A stretch of DNA of 34,097 bases, from positions 1 to 34,097 of IMG/VR virus record IMGVR_UViG_3300025888_000009. One strand, 5' to 3'. The notes under the pieces were generated by a model. The model was not told the DNA's origin. It saw only the letters and a program-made list of their open reading frames with translations, and did not search any database. Source of the stretch: a virus. Lineage: Duplodnaviria > Caudoviricetes. A program made the translations under genes and the position numbers. Each line of letters opens with the position of its first letter. Position 1 is the first letter of the stretch. Positions 32,705 to 34,097 of this stretch are shown one piece after another.

Positions 32705-32960
32705 CTCGTATCCTTTCTAATTGTGTATCCATTAAGACCATTATTCTAAAAATCATCTCGTCTTGGCTTATAAGTCTCCTATAAGAAGTTGCACCGTCGT
32801 GGACACCAAGACGTGAATAAGTTTTGACTAATTCTTGTTTGTTAAGGATAGATTTAAGCGAACTCTCGACATTAGTAACGTCTAAATGCTTAAAATTATT
32901 ACGCCAATCGCCCTCAGTAAATAATCGGTATGCCGCAATCTTTTTAGGCAAGTCACTCAT
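32676..32960 (-). CDS. Hypothetical protein
   Basis: ORF track. Confidence 0.6.
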   Translation of the reverse strand: MSDLPKKIAAYRLFTEGDWRNNFKHLDVTNVESSLKSILNKQELVKTYSRLGVHDGATSYRRLISQDEMIFRIMVLMDTQLERIRDELATKTTV

Positions 32961-32961
32961 C

Positions 32962-33228
32962 TTACACTACCTTTCTTATCTTAGTTCTCTCACCAGTAGT
33001 CTTACTAACATAGTATAAATGTGTTCGAGTTTCCTTAACTAATTTAAGTCCACGTCGGCTTTTACTGCCGCCAATTTTACCAATTTGTGCAGCTAGTTCA
33101 GGGTTGTTATAAACTCCACCATTATTTGAGTTGCGGCCACCAATAGCACCCATCTCTTTAAAATGGTTAGGATTGTTAGCTAATATCTTTTTAGTTGATT
33201 TTCTTGCACCTTTTATAGTTTGTCCCAT
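32962..33228 (-). CDS. KGG-motif (general stress-like) protein
   Basis: HFKEMGAIGGRNS...ELAAQIGKIGGSKSRR; ATG 33228 has AAGGA RBS. Confidence 0.75.
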   Translation of the reverse strand: MGQTIKGARKSTKKILANNPNHFKEMGAIGGRNSNNGGVYNNPELAAQIGKIGGSKSRRGLKLVKETRTHLYYVSKTTGERTKIRKVV

Positions 33229-33239
33229 GGTTTTATCCT

Positions 33240-33602
33240 TTAGACTTTCCAATTAACTTTGATAATATTCTCTGGTAGTTTTTCAAATAAAGGTTCTATC
33301 TCATCGAATGTAAATCCTGCAATGCCAGTACCAATAGGAGTAAGGTAAAATATTTTATCTGGGTTAGATCGTGCAATAATTTCAAGTTCGCGACGTTGTT
33401 TCTTTATAGCCTCGATTGAAACTTTTTGCATATCAGCATCTAGGGTAACTATTCCGTAGGATTGACCACCAATACAGCCTCTTGATTGACCTATTAATGC
33501 TCCAAAGTTCATATATGCTTGTCTGGCTGCTCCACCATAATGGAGACCTAGAGCATTAGTCCCTACTACAATATATCCATTAGGTTTGAGTTCGTTTATC
33601 AT
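33240..33602 (-). CDS. A1S_2505-family phage protein (macrodomain-like)
   Basis: VVGTNALGLHYGGAA...GQSYGIVT...FYLTPIGTGIAGF. Confidence 0.8.
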   Translation of the reverse strand: MINELKPNGYIVVGTNALGLHYGGAARQAYMNFGALIGQSRGCIGGQSYGIVTLDADMQKVSIEAIKKQRRELEIIARSNPDKIFYLTPIGTGIAGFTFDEIEPLFEKLPENIIKVNWKV

Positions 33603-34097
33603 TAGTATTTCTCAGCTTCTATTTTACTGATAAAGAAATGAATACCGTTAGAACATTCATCTTGCCAATTATCATCGAACTTATCTGGCTTAACTGTTTC
33701 ACCAACTTTATATATAAAATTATTATCGTTTTTACTGATAGCAGTTTTTAACTTACGGCTACCTTTGGTTATTTCTAGTACCTCAGCATATTCAGCACGA
33801 CATTTACGACCGAAAGCATGTGATCGCTTAGCTTCTTTTGGTATTAAAAGTTTAACTATTTTATCATCAACACATTTTTTATAACCAATAATATCTCCCT
33901 CTGGTAATATTCGTGTTAATGCTATAGCATAATCCGCGTCTTTTGCATCTCGGAGGTTTGCACCTTGGAGGTTTGCACCTTGGAGGTTTGCATCTCGGAG
34001 GTCTGCACCTCGGAGGTTTGCATCTTGGAGGTATGCACCTTGGAGGTTTGCACCTTGGAGGTTTGCACCTCGGAGGTTTGCATCTCGGAGGTTTGCA
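33602..34097 (-). CDS. Pentapeptide-repeat/DUF5758-like protein, C-terminal part (whole protein ~223 aa after removing the overlap)
   Basis: ...[47 protein letters not shown]...[36 protein letters not shown]; TAA at 33602-33604 overlaps next ATG. Confidence 0.9.
   Translation of the reverse strand, partial: ANLRDANLRGANLQGANLQGAYLQDANLRGADLRDANLQGANLQGANLRDAKDADYAIALTRILPEGDIIGYKKCVDDKIVKLLIPKEAKRSHAFGRKCRAEYAEVLEITKGSRKLKTAISKNDNNFIYKVGETVKPDKFDDNWQDECSNGIHFFISKIEAEKY
33972..34097. repeat. Terminal direct repeat (copy of 1-126)
   Basis: Identical to 1-126. Confidence 0.9.

Overview
The window appears to be a complete, circularly assembled, AT-rich siphovirus genome of about 33,971 bp. Bases 1-126 are identical to 33972-34097, and a pentapeptide-repeat/DUF5758 gene reads in frame across that junction. 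Nearly all genes are on the minus strand. They comprise small early genes (Sak/Rad52-like annealing protein, gp157-like, DUF1064, ParB-like, HTH), a sugar-modification cluster (NAD-dependent epimerase, GT2 glycosyltransferase, Stealth-like phosphotransferase) interrupted by an HNH gene, TerS/TerL, a portal-Mu gpF fusion, a ClpP-major capsid fusion, head-tail and tail genes, and a lysis module. I recognise no integrase, CI-type repressor or replication protein. The most unusual features are non-coding. (1) A ~100-nt plus-strand sRNA (~6471-6568) displays a loop antisense to a leader/RBS motif shared by three early promoters, which also share an operator-like spacer motif. (2) A convergent promoter pair with a duplicated 18-mer looks like an antisense/attenuation switch. 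(3) A family of rRNA-operon-like cassettes (boxA-like motif followed by a long closing stem) encloses different cargos: structured RNAs, a tRNA-like RNA with an elongated anticodon arm, and a whole ORF. Protein family calls come from motif recognition by eye, not database searches. The host (possibly Patescibacteria/Saccharibacteria) is an unverified inference.
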